Below the pieces are notes generated by a model. The model saw nothing but the letters and a program-made list of their open reading frames with translations. It did no database searches and had not been told where the DNA came from. This document shows positions 18,055 through 26,901 of a stretch of DNA of 64,000 nt, in pieces. The translations under genes were made by a program, and so were the position numbers. The stretch comes from Candidatus Latescibacterota bacterium. GTDB taxonomy: Bacteria > Latescibacterota > UBA2968 > GCA-2709665. Position 1 is the stretch's first letter. The number at the start of each line of letters is the position of its first letter. Location: positions 4,992,001 to 5,056,000 of the forward strand of contig OZ242180.1 in the NCBI GenBank assembly GCA_965205485.1, in the 5' to 3' direction.

Positions 18055-18651
18055 TCAGATTCCGATATGCCGTTTCTTGTAGGCCTTCCGGATTTCCTTC
18101 TCGTCGGTCCAGGCGATTTCCGACGTGAGCAGATTGGTCAACTGAAAGGTTGCCTTGTAGTAGATCAGTTTGTTCTTTCCAACCTGCTGCACGTTTGCCG
18201 TGAGCGTGCCGGTCAGCAGGTACTCCGCGCCCGTTTGGCTGCCCGGTCCCCTGGCCTGCTCCGGATCCACGTATCCGGACTGCTGGTACTCGTATTCCTC
18301 GGCGATGTCCCGGCGGTTCACCACGTCGGCAAAGCGAAACGTGCCGCTCTGGAGGAGTTGTGTTCGGACCTTGTTGGAAAGCATCGTCATATCTATATGT
18401 TCCGCTGTACGGTTGCGCATTTTTCCAATCATGACAACCGGCGCGCCGTTGCTTCCGCTAATGTTGCTGCCGGCCATGGACTGGATCATCTTCTTCGCGA
18501 TGAGTTGCATGTCGTTTTCACTGAACCGGTCATCCAGCAGCGCAATGGCGTTGGGATCTTCGTACGAGCCCTTCGTGAAGGCCCTGGGTCCCGCGCAGTT
18601 GACGGCGAACGCGAGAACGACGACGAGTGTGATGCAGATTCCTGGTCTCAT
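18055..18651 (-). CDS. lpoB: LpoB-like lipoprotein (PBP activator family)
   Basis: Lipobox-like AVNC; FSENDMQ, NRTAEHID, GAEYLLTG, LTNLLTSEIAW; AGGAGG RBS. Confidence 0.8.
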   Translation of the reverse strand: MRPGICITLVVVLAFAVNCAGPRAFTKGSYEDPNAIALLDDRFSENDMQLIAKKMIQSMAGSNISGSNGAPVVMIGKMRNRTAEHIDMTMLSNKVRTQLLQSGTFRFADVVNRRDIAEEYEYQQSGYVDPEQARGPGSQTGAEYLLTGTLTANVQQVGKNKLIYYKATFQLTNLLTSEIAWTDEKEIRKAYKKRHIGI

Positions 18652-18719
18652 GGCGATTCTCCTCCTGGTAAGATGGTTCGTAAGGCGATGCTGTTGCTCG
18701 CGGACAGGCGGCGTGTGAT

Positions 18720-19520
18720 TCAGTTCCATTCGCACTGGAAGTGTGCGCCCGCCATGTGCCACTTGTAAGGCAACAGGACATCCTGGCGATAGCGCACCTG
18801 CAGACGGCAGTCCTGCATGGTTGAACTCACCGGATAGTCGAATGAAATCTCCCGGATGCCGGCGCGGTCGGCTTCAGGAATGTCGGACGACTGGAAGATA
18901 TCCGGTTTGGTGGAAGTTAAGACCTGCATTGTCTTGGCCCCGTACGTCTTCAACGGCACGCGGTCAGAGAACGTGATGCGGCGTACCTGCTTTGGGAGGA
19001 GGGGGTCGGTTAAATCCACACGCTCGTCCCTTCGCCAGTTTCCCGCCAGTACAGCGCCCAGGTCCGCCGTGAAGACGCGTTCGGTCGGTCCGTCCGGAAT
19101 GATGACGTACAGATATCGCCTGCGAGCCTCCCGCGACTGGCCTGAGAATTCGAGCTGGATGGAGAGGGTCAGCGACCGGTTGGGAGGCAGCGCATGCAGC
19201 GAGATCGCCTGAATGACCTTCTGCGAAACGCCGGCCTTCTTTAGATCGATCAGTGCGCCGGCAGATGCGTCACCGGCAAACCGGCGTTCCTGCACCATCC
19301 GGCGGATCGCCTCGTCGTCAAAATCGTTCCGGCTGAGATTGACAACGTCTTCCAGGGTGAGGGGCAGCTGGTCGGAGCGTTCGTAGACCGGCGGCAGGTT
19401 CCTTCCGTCCCACGTCACGATGTTGACAACGGCGCCCCGAGTCGGAATGTCAGCGGCCCATCCAGTCTGGCTCCACCCCGCAAGGGCCACGGCCAGGCAG
19501 ATCCAAATCTGTTGCTTCAT
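18720..19520 (-). CDS. Secreted hypothetical protein
   Basis: Signal peptide MKQQIW...GWA; LTLEDVVNL...LIDLKKAGVS helical motif; AAAGGAGG RBS. Confidence 0.7.
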   Translation of the reverse strand: MKQQIWICLAVALAGWSQTGWAADIPTRGAVVNIVTWDGRNLPPVYERSDQLPLTLEDVVNLSRNDFDDEAIRRMVQERRFAGDASAGALIDLKKAGVSQKVIQAISLHALPPNRSLTLSIQLEFSGQSREARRRYLYVIIPDGPTERVFTADLGAVLAGNWRRDERVDLTDPLLPKQVRRITFSDRVPLKTYGAKTMQVLTSTKPDIFQSSDIPEADRAGIREISFDYPVSSTMQDCRLQVRYRQDVLLPYKWHMAGAHFQCEWN

Positions 19521-19546
19521 GGTGTTCCTCCTTTCGGTTGCGGTGG

Positions 19547-20911
19547 CTATTTGTACGTCCGGTAGTTCACGAAGGTCCGGGTTCCCGGTCGGATACGCAC
19601 ATCCGAAATGGTTCCGGTTTCGATGACGCGCCCCCGACTGTCGAGGGATTCCAGCGTAAGGGTGTGCGTGCCGGCGGGGAGGGTGAGCCTGCCGATCTGC
19701 ACGTTGTGAGGCAGCGAGACCCAGCTCCGGGTATCGGCCGCTTCTATTGCCGCAGAGAACAGATTGACGATGAAGCCGAGGACTCTGCTCTTCTCTTTCG
19801 CCTTGACCGAAGCCGAATATTTGATCAGCCCCCGCGCGACCGTTCGCGCGAGGATCGCCGGCTGTTTGTCCTGAAACGTCTGCCACGCGATAGCCGACAG
19901 GTCTTCAGCCAGCGTGGTGGTGGTCTGACGTCCGGCTACGCTGACCCGTACGGTCTGGGTGCGCGGCGCGACATCCTCGTACGCGGGCAGAACCACCCGC
20001 AGCCAGTGTTTGACTTTTGATTCGCCCGCATAGTGCGGTTTGAAATGCCGGTAAGCGATTTTTCGGGAGGCACGTTCAAGGCGGTCCTTCTTTCCGTTGA
20101 AGTCATCGCCCTCGTAGATCGGCAGGCTGATTTCCTCCTCCACCTTGTGAGGCACGAAACCGATTTCCGAGAAGACGATGAGTTCGCCGCCCACGGCTGA
20201 ACGCCGACCACGGATGCCGACTGCCTTCCCGGGTGAATCGACAAAGTCGAGGGCCTCCTCGACGCGCCCGAGGTCTTTCCTGAGGGCATCGGGCGCCTCG
20301 AGGCCGAAGGCATCGCGATAGGTCTCATATGCATCCAGTGCGTTCCGATACGACACGTATGCGTCGTTGAGTTCGCCGGTCGCTTCATAGATCAGACCGG
20401 TGATATAGTGAATGAAGGCGTCGTTCCGGTATGTGGCGTCGTAATCGGCCCGCGCCGCGTAGCGGTTCAGTTTCAGGTTGGCCTTACGGCACTCCACCAG
20501 GGCGTCTTCCGGTTCATCCAGATACCAGTAGTTCAGCGCCCGGTAATAGTTGATGAACGCGAGTTCGAACTCCTCGCCTCGATAAGCCCGCACCTGGTCG
20601 TTCGTGATCAGCGAAGCTGCCTCGCGGGACAAAGACCTTGTGAATAGCCGGTCCGCGAGCCGCTCGGCGGACTCGAAATAACGGTTGGAGGCGTGATATT
20701 CGCCTCGATAGTGCGCTATAAGGCCGTTCTCCATGAGGTAGAGCAGGCGGGCGGGACCCTTCCGGGCCTCACCAAGAGTCTGCAACGCCGTTTCGTAGTG
20801 CCCGCCGGCGAGGCTGCTTCTGAAGGTGGCCGCGTTGTGGGTATAGGTGGCGCAACCGGTGAAGAAGACGCACAGAAGCAGGCCGGATTGCAATTTGTGA
20901 AGGTTCTTCAT
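19547..20911 (-). CDS. TPR-like lipoprotein, COG3014 family
   Basis: Lipobox FTGC; SNRYFESAE, YRGEEFE, ALVECRK, EAADTRSWVSLP. Confidence 0.85.
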   Translation of the reverse strand: MKNLHKLQSGLLLCVFFTGCATYTHNAATFRSSLAGGHYETALQTLGEARKGPARLLYLMENGLIAHYRGEYHASNRYFESAERLADRLFTRSLSREAASLITNDQVRAYRGEEFELAFINYYRALNYWYLDEPEDALVECRKANLKLNRYAARADYDATYRNDAFIHYITGLIYEATGELNDAYVSYRNALDAYETYRDAFGLEAPDALRKDLGRVEEALDFVDSPGKAVGIRGRRSAVGGELIVFSEIGFVPHKVEEEISLPIYEGDDFNGKKDRLERASRKIAYRHFKPHYAGESKVKHWLRVVLPAYEDVAPRTQTVRVSVAGRQTTTTLAEDLSAIAWQTFQDKQPAILARTVARGLIKYSASVKAKEKSRVLGFIVNLFSAAIEAADTRSWVSLPHNVQIGRLTLPAGTHTLTLESLDSRGRVIETGTISDVRIRPGTRTFVNYRTYK

Positions 20912-21001
20912 GGATTCTCCGGATACCCCGAAACGACCGAGATCCCGCAAATGGAGACGATGCATGTTGCTTTTTTGTCCGTTACCGCTGCCGAAGACAT
21001 A

Positions 21002-21017
21002 TGCAATCAGCGTGCCA
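21002..21017 (-). promoter_or_regulatory. sigma54 (-24/-12) promoter
   Basis: Minus strand TGGCACG-CTGA-TTGCA, matching TGGCACG-N4-TTGC, about 90 nt before the COG3014 ATG; AT-rich tract upstream. Confidence 0.8.
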
Positions 21018-21211
21018 ATAACGTAAATTATTTATAAACAATTATATATGTATTTATCTCGGGTGGTAGATCTGTCGTGTATCGTCCACACTTGTGAACC
21101 TGAGCGACATCCGTTGGCGAAAAAAACCGGGAATCAGGCTCACACGAAGACACAAGGGAAGGCAAGGAAAAAGGAAGAAGGAAGAAGGAAGAATGTGGGG
21201 AACGGCGACCG

Positions 21212-21470
21212 TTAGCTGTCAGCTATCGGCCTTCAGCTATCAGCTAAAAACGAAGGGCAAAAGGCAGGATAATGTATGGCGTTTCGATGCCGTTTCACGC
21301 TGGCCTCGGTCGCCGGACCGCTCCCCGGGGCCGCCGTCTCGGTTTCCAGTAACCTGCCGGAAGCAGAGAATTTGGAGAGCGTTGGGTTTTGAATTTGGTT
21401 TTCGAATTTGATTCAAGCTGACGGCTGAGAGCTGATGGCTGATAGCTTATTCCCTGACGGCTGATCGCTG
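21212..21470. repeat. Inverted pair of degenerate heptamer (TCAGCYD-like) tandem arrays
   Basis: TTAGCTG TCAGCTA TCGGCCT TCAGCTA TCAGCTA (21212-21246) and reverse-orientation arrays at 21416-21470. Confidence 0.75.
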
Positions 21471-21553
21471 TTTGCTGCCTCTTTTGCAGAAAAACGAATG
21501 GCGTCCTGACAGGACGCCTTGAAGTACGCGCATGGAAAATTGAAGTGACGAAT

Positions 21554-22132
21554 CTATCGACGCTGGCGATACAGGGTGGGATCAACGGAAGCGGCCATGG
21601 CCGCTTCATCGAGGCGATGGTCGAGAAAGGCGTTGACACGGGCGGCCTCCCGGGCGGATTCCGCCAGAATCCGCCGATGCTCCGTATAGAGGGTCCGGAA
21701 GCCCGGACACCCTGACAGCCAGGCTTCCGTCTCCTGGAGATGCCTGCGAAAAACCCGGGCGATCTCCGTGTTTTCCGCCTGTCCGCCCGGCTGCACGCCC
21801 CGCCGGACCAGCATGCGGTCCTGCGAGGCGAGTACTTCCTCCAGGGCCCTGCGAACGAAGATGATTCTGTATTCAAATGTATCCGGAAGGTACTTCAGCA
21901 ACTCGGAGATGATCTTGACGGCCCTGCCCCTGGCTTCGGGCAGCCAGCTCACGTCCGACTTCAGCGCCTTGACCTTCTCAAATTCGAAATAGCCGTTGAG
22001 ATTGTCTTCGTCGGCGGCTCTCAGCCCGTCCGTCAGGACGCCCATGCCGCCGGCTTCCAGCATCTGCATCATCATCGAGGTGCCCGATCGGGGCAGGCCT
22101 GAGACGACGACTATCGTATCGGGATCGATCAT
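21554..22132 (-). CDS. Sulfotransferase family protein
   Basis: PAPS-binding VSGLPRSGTSMMM, N..GYFE, R...EVLASQ. Confidence 0.85.
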   Translation of the reverse strand: MIDPDTIVVVSGLPRSGTSMMMQMLEAGGMGVLTDGLRAADEDNLNGYFEFEKVKALKSDVSWLPEARGRAVKIISELLKYLPDTFEYRIIFVRRALEEVLASQDRMLVRRGVQPGGQAENTEIARVFRRHLQETEAWLSGCPGFRTLYTEHRRILAESAREAARVNAFLDHRLDEAAMAASVDPTLYRQRR

Positions 22133-22190
22133 GAGACGCCTTCGATCACGCCGCGCTAGACGGGACGTCGACGCGGGATGTAGAGGTACC

Positions 22191-22397
22191 TCAGATATAG
22201 CCCAGAGATTCGAGCCGGTCTTTCATCAGCTTCTTTTCTTCCGGGGTATAGGCCGGGCGGGATCCCTTTTCCTCTTCCGGAACGCTGACGGATTCACGAT
22301 TTCCGGATGCCTCGAGGAGGCGATTGTATTCATCGATGTCCAGCAGAACGCCGACGCGGTTGCCGGCCTGGTCTACCACGAACCGCGGCTCCGTCAT
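22191..22397 (-). CDS. Small protein: antitoxin-like N-terminus plus RL..LGY tail
   Basis: FVVDQAGNRVGVLLDIDEYNRLLE and EEKKLMKDRLESLGYI. Confidence 0.7.
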   Translation of the reverse strand: MTEPRFVVDQAGNRVGVLLDIDEYNRLLEASGNRESVSVPEEEKGSRPAYTPEEKKLMKDRLESLGYI

Positions 22398-22493
22398 CTC
22401 TCTTTCCCACTGAATGGAGGATTGTGATCGGAAGGATCGGGATTGGCCAAAGGGATTCGGTCCGACTCCCGAACCTGTGCGGTTTCGCCCCTG

Positions 22494-23591
22494 TCACTGC
22501 AATTTGCCGCGCCCGAGGATGTCCCAGACGGCTTCCACCCGGTCGTTGCGAATGCCGTGGATCTGATCGTGCAGAAAGACCGTCATGTCGCTGTATCCGG
22601 AAACGAGTTCTATCCTGTCGCCGATCTTCAGCGGATGATCGGGGTTCTTCAGCTCCAGATGACCGTGTTCCGCAGACAGGCCGACAACGTCAATGCCTTC
22701 CCTGTCCTTCACCCAGGGCAGACCGAACTGTGACGAAGTGGTTTTTCGGCCGGCGTCAATATACGCCCGGTCGGGAGCGGGGCGGCTGACCACCGTAGCA
22801 AGAACGGAGAGGGCGTGTTCCAGCCCCCGGACGCCCATCGACGTAGCGTATAGGGTGTCCATCATGATCCCGCCGCCGGCCTGAATCTCGGTGAGGCCCG
22901 GGCAGTCCGGCGTGAACGCCAGCGTTCCCGTACCGCCCGCGCTCACGATCGGACATTCGATGCCCGACGCCTCGATATGCTCCCGCGAGCCCGCGAGAAG
23001 GGCGACGGCTTCGGCGCAGACGGCTTCCTTCTCCGGATCGGGCAGGTCCATTGCCTGGCCTTCGTAGCCCATCAGACCCGAGAATGTCACGCCGGGAGCG
23101 GCGTCGGCCTGCTGAGCCAGCTCCAGGGCGGGCTTCCCCGCCCCGACGCCGCAGCGTCCCATCCCTATATCCAGTTCAACCAGGACGCGCACGCGAACGC
23201 CAACGGCCTGAGCGGCTTCCGAAATCATGGTGACGTGGACGGGGTGGTCGACGGCAACCATGACGTCCGCGTGGTTTTGCAGGTGGGTCAGGCGGGCCAT
23301 CTTTCTCTCGCCCACGACCTGATTCGCAACCAGGATGTCCCTGACGCCCGACGCGGCCATGATTTCCGCTTCACCGAGTTTCGCGCAGGTAATGCCTATG
23401 GCGCCTGCGTCGAGCAGTTTGTGCGCAATGGCCGGGGTCTTATTGCCCTTGGTATGCGGACGCCATTGGACGCCGCAGGCTTTGCAGCGGGCTGCAATCC
23501 GGGCGATGTTGTTCTCCAGAAGATCCAGGTCGAGCATCAGCGCCGGCGTATCCAGGTCCCACTTTTCAAACCCGACGGGAGAGTAGCTCAT
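22494..23591 (-). CDS. PLP fold-III enzyme, DSD1/D-threonine aldolase family
   Basis: LDTPAL, RPHTK (PLP Lys), GRCGV, GLMGYEG, SAGGTG, IDAGRK, LSAEHG. Confidence 0.9.
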   Translation of the reverse strand: MSYSPVGFEKWDLDTPALMLDLDLLENNIARIAARCKACGVQWRPHTKGNKTPAIAHKLLDAGAIGITCAKLGEAEIMAASGVRDILVANQVVGERKMARLTHLQNHADVMVAVDHPVHVTMISEAAQAVGVRVRVLVELDIGMGRCGVGAGKPALELAQQADAAPGVTFSGLMGYEGQAMDLPDPEKEAVCAEAVALLAGSREHIEASGIECPIVSAGGTGTLAFTPDCPGLTEIQAGGGIMMDTLYATSMGVRGLEHALSVLATVVSRPAPDRAYIDAGRKTTSSQFGLPWVKDREGIDVVGLSAEHGHLELKNPDHPLKIGDRIELVSGYSDMTVFLHDQIHGIRNDRVEAVWDILGRGKLQ

Positions 23592-23614
23592 TCAAATTTC
23601 CTCCAGGCGCGCGG

Positions 23615-24397
23615 TCATTTTCTGGCTGCGATGTCGGCGAGCGTGTCGCCGGTTATTCTGACAGTGTGGGTATCGACGCGCTCGACACCGGGACTGGAGG
23701 CTTTGGACGCCGCGCTGGATTCGGCCCGGTATTCCGTTTCAAACGTGTAGGGCCCCGGAACGCGGTAAGGCGCGAATTCCCCGATGCGGCCCATTGCGGT
23801 TTTCGCGCCCGTCCGGATGAGGTCTCGTGCTTTAGCTGGAGAAAGCGTGAGCGCCGCGGTACGGCTGAGCCCTTCCTTGACGACAACCCCTTCGATATCT
23901 TCCACGTACGTTCGCGCTTCGTCCACGGCCGCCCGGTCGCCGCTGATGAACGCCGTGGGAACGCCGGCCTCCGCGGCGCTGGCGATGTTGAACCCGATTT
24001 CGCCAATGAGTTCTCCGTTCAGCCAGCAATTTGAAATTGCCCTCGAACTCCAGCTGTGGCACAGCACCCCGGCGGACGTGTTCTCCATGGCGTGGTGGCC
24101 ATACAGAAACATGGCGTCGAAGTCAATGCCGAGGTCCCACGCGGAAACCAGCGGACGGCCGAACATCACCCTGGCTTCATAGTGGATCATCTCTATGTTG
24201 ATGCCGCCGCTGCCGTGTCCGTCGAGGACGATGACCTGGGCGGCCCCGCCATCCAGGGCGCCGTCCACAAGCGCGTTGATTTCAAGGGTGGAGAGGTTCT
24301 TCGCCTGGTCGTTGTACCGCGTATTGTCGTACGTCTGCGTGTGAAAGTCGACCACGCCGGCAGCGCCTTCGAGGTCGCACAGTACCATGATATTCAT
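23615..24397 (-). CDS. D-aminopeptidase, M55 (DppA) family
   Basis: DLEG, DGHGSG, GHHAM, LCHS, NGELIGE, ISGD. Confidence 0.9.
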   Translation of the reverse strand: MNIMVLCDLEGAAGVVDFHTQTYDNTRYNDQAKNLSTLEINALVDGALDGGAAQVIVLDGHGSGGINIEMIHYEARVMFGRPLVSAWDLGIDFDAMFLYGHHAMENTSAGVLCHSWSSRAISNCWLNGELIGEIGFNIASAAEAGVPTAFISGDRAAVDEARTYVEDIEGVVVKEGLSRTAALTLSPAKARDLIRTGAKTAMGRIGEFAPYRVPGPYTFETEYRAESSAASKASSPGVERVDTHTVRITGDTLADIAARK

Positions 24398-24413
24398 GGG
24401 GGGCTCTCCGGTG

Positions 24414-25544
24414 TCAATCGTCGAAGGCCGACGGCGCGAACAGCCTGCCGGCGCGGATGGTGGAAACCGCTTCGAGTTTCTGATTCGCCGACCGGGTCCC
24501 GCCGCGGGTATCGGCGAATTCGAAGCTGCCCGGCTTGAGTTGGAGAATGGCCAGATCGGCGCACGCGCCCGGCCGCAGGGTGCCGATTTCACCCAGTACG
24601 CCCATATGCCGCGCCGGGGCCGCCGTCACCCTGTCGAGGGCCTGTTCCAGCGTAAGGCCCAGAACGAGGAACTTGGAGACGGTGGTGACAAGGTCGTACA
24701 CAGGCCCGTTCAGATTGTAGACGTGGAGGTCGCTGGAGATGGCGCCCGGCGGAAAGTTCTGGGACATCGCGGCCTCGGCAACGTCGAACACGAAGCTGCC
24801 CTGGCCGTGCCCCACGTCGAACAGGATCCCCTCTTCCGCGGCCCTTCGGGCGGATGGACGGACCGCGCCCGATTCGTCCAGAATGCCGGTGTCGCTCCGG
24901 TGAAAGCAGTGGGTTACGATATCTCCGGGGCGAAGTTCGGCTGTCATTTCATCGAACGAAAGGTGGCTGGCATTGGGATGTACCATCAGCGGGAGACCGG
25001 TGGCGTCGCGTATTTCGCACGCCCGCTTCAGACCTTCTCTGCCGTTCTCCCCCACCAGACCCTTCGACATCCGGATCTTGACGCCGATTATGTCTTCTCT
25101 GTGCGTCTCACACATCCGAACCGCGCGGTCCACGTCAGCGAACCGGAGGTCGGTCATCTCGCCGATACCGGGCGACAACAGGCCCTGGGACGAGACGTGC
25201 AGGAAGGCCTTGATTCGGGTCGCGCTGGCGTCGATCACGTACTTCTTGAACCCGGGAAACGTGTCGGCGCCCGCGGAACCGGTGTCGTAGACGGTGGTCA
25301 CGCCCCTGGCCAGACACGTGGGGTCCGGCTCCACGCCGTAGTGGGATACCCCCCACCAGACGTGGACGTGCAGATCGATCAATCCTGGCGTCACCAGGTA
25401 GCCGGAGGCGTCGATCACGGTCTGCGCCGTCTCTTCGTAGATCTCATTGTCCAGCGCGGCGATGCGCCCGCCCGCTATGGCCACGTCCCGTGCCGCGTGC
25501 AGACCCTGCGCCGGATCGATAACCGTACCGCCCTTGATGAGCAT
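24414..25544 (-). CDS. Amidohydrolase/deacetylase-family metallohydrolase (dihydroorotase-like)
   Basis: PGLIDLHVH, DTGSAG, GVKIR, THCFH, FDVGHG.GSF, ISSDLH; start may be a few codons upstream. Confidence 0.88.
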   Translation of the reverse strand: MLIKGGTVIDPAQGLHAARDVAIAGGRIAALDNEIYEETAQTVIDASGYLVTPGLIDLHVHVWWGVSHYGVEPDPTCLARGVTTVYDTGSAGADTFPGFKKYVIDASATRIKAFLHVSSQGLLSPGIGEMTDLRFADVDRAVRMCETHREDIIGVKIRMSKGLVGENGREGLKRACEIRDATGLPLMVHPNASHLSFDEMTAELRPGDIVTHCFHRSDTGILDESGAVRPSARRAAEEGILFDVGHGQGSFVFDVAEAAMSQNFPPGAISSDLHVYNLNGPVYDLVTTVSKFLVLGLTLEQALDRVTAAPARHMGVLGEIGTLRPGACADLAILQLKPGSFEFADTRGGTRSANQKLEAVSTIRAGRLFAPSAFDD

Positions 25545-25641
25545 GTCGTATGGTGCGGACAGGGCTTCCTCGACGGTGTAGTGAGAAGGGATCCGCGGGC
25601 GGCCGGATGCGCCGGAAAATAACCAAAAAGCCCAACGCGGC

Positions 25642-25675
25642 AAACGAAAAGGGGCAACCCGACGGGCGCCCCTTC
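25642..25675 (-). terminator. Rho-independent terminator downstream of mdh
   Basis: Minus strand AAGGGGCGCCC-GTC-GGGTTGCCCCTT then TTCGTTT. Confidence 0.65.
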
Positions 25676-25703
25676 GAAGTGCGGTATGCTTTCCGGACCC
25701 ATC

Positions 25704-25835
25704 AGCCCGTTGAAAAAGCCCATCCGGGCTACGGCCGGCCCTTGCGGTCGAAATACTGCGTTGTGCTCCCTCGCCGAATCGATGGATGGGACTCGGTCGC
25801 GCGCCTTGTCTTCGACCACAATGACACGGCCTCGC
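25704..25835 (-). other. Structured intergenic element (MITE-like repeat or ncRNA candidate)
   Basis: Nested stems TTGTGGTCGAA/TTCGACCGCAA and CCGAGTC/GATTCGG; ends in TTTTTCAACGGGCT. Confidence 0.5.
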
Positions 25836-25862
25836 CTGCAGAGCGACTCTATCGACGGACTT

Positions 25863-26873
25863 CTATGCCAGATTCGGGTTGCTGCTCCCCCATTCGGCCA
25901 GCGGCGGCAGGATGCCCTCCGCGATGATTTCGTCGCGCAATCCGACGAGGTGCGCGTAGGAATCCCTCAACGCCCGCAGGTCCTCCTCCGTTCCATCGGG
26001 CATGCTGCCGGTTACGCCGTCCGAGGACAGAGTGGCGGGCATGGCCATCATGATCCTGCTGAATTCCCCGTTGTTGACGTAAGCGCCGCAGGGCCAGTCG
26101 TAAGGCTCGCCGAACAGCCCCCGCAGCATGAAGACGCTCTGCTGCGCGGGCGACTGGAAGGAGGAGCGGCCCCGCAACTGGATAATCCGGGCGCCGCCGC
26201 CGGTCACGTGGGCCTGGATGCTGCTCCACGCATCCGAAGTCAGGCCGATGCCGTTTACGGTCTTTCCCGCCAGTATATCCGTGAGTGGAATACCGTCCAC
26301 CGCTGTGCCGCTCTTGAATACGGCCATCGACTCGCCATGACCTCCGTAGGTCTTGCAGCCGGTCACGCGGTCCTGCCGGATCCTGAAATGCTGGGCCAGC
26401 GCCGTCTGCAGCCGGGTGCTGTCCAGCGCGGCCAGCGTGGACACGCGACCGGCCGGAAGCCCGGAGTGTACCAGCGTGGTCAGTCCTGTGATGTCGGCGG
26501 GGTTGAAGATGATAATGACGAATTTGCAGTGGGGACAATACCGTTTGATATCAAGTCCGAGCTGTTTCGCGATCAGGCCGTTATCCCGCGTGAGGTCTTC
26601 GCGCGTCATCCCTTCCTTTCTCGGGGCGCCGCCCGAACTGATCACATAGCTGGCGCCGGAGAGGGCTTCGGCGATGTCTGCGGTCCACGAGACGTTCGCG
26701 CCCGGGAATCCACAGTGATAGATTTCCTCCGCGGCGCCTTCCAGGCCCGGTTCGAACGGGTCGTACATGGATACCCTGCCGGCGGTTCCCGAGGCCAGCA
26801 GGGTCTGGACGAGATTTGAGCCAATGGCTCCCGCCGCACCCAGAACGGCTACTTTTTCCTCCGTCAGATACAT
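25863..26873 (-). CDS. mdh: Malate dehydrogenase
   Basis: GAAGAIG, GGAPRKEGMTREDL (Arg specificity loop), NPAD, LDSTRL, GGHGE. Confidence 0.9.
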   Translation of the reverse strand: MYLTEEKVAVLGAAGAIGSNLVQTLLASGTAGRVSMYDPFEPGLEGAAEEIYHCGFPGANVSWTADIAEALSGASYVISSGGAPRKEGMTREDLTRDNGLIAKQLGLDIKRYCPHCKFVIIIFNPADITGLTTLVHSGLPAGRVSTLAALDSTRLQTALAQHFRIRQDRVTGCKTYGGHGESMAVFKSGTAVDGIPLTDILAGKTVNGIGLTSDAWSSIQAHVTGGGARIIQLRGRSSFQSPAQQSVFMLRGLFGEPYDWPCGAYVNNGEFSRIMMAMPATLSSDGVTGSMPDGTEEDLRALRDSYAHLVGLRDEIIAEGILPPLAEWGSSNPNLA

Positions 26874-26901
26874 CCGTTTTTCTCCCGGGGGTCCGTCTGA
26901 T

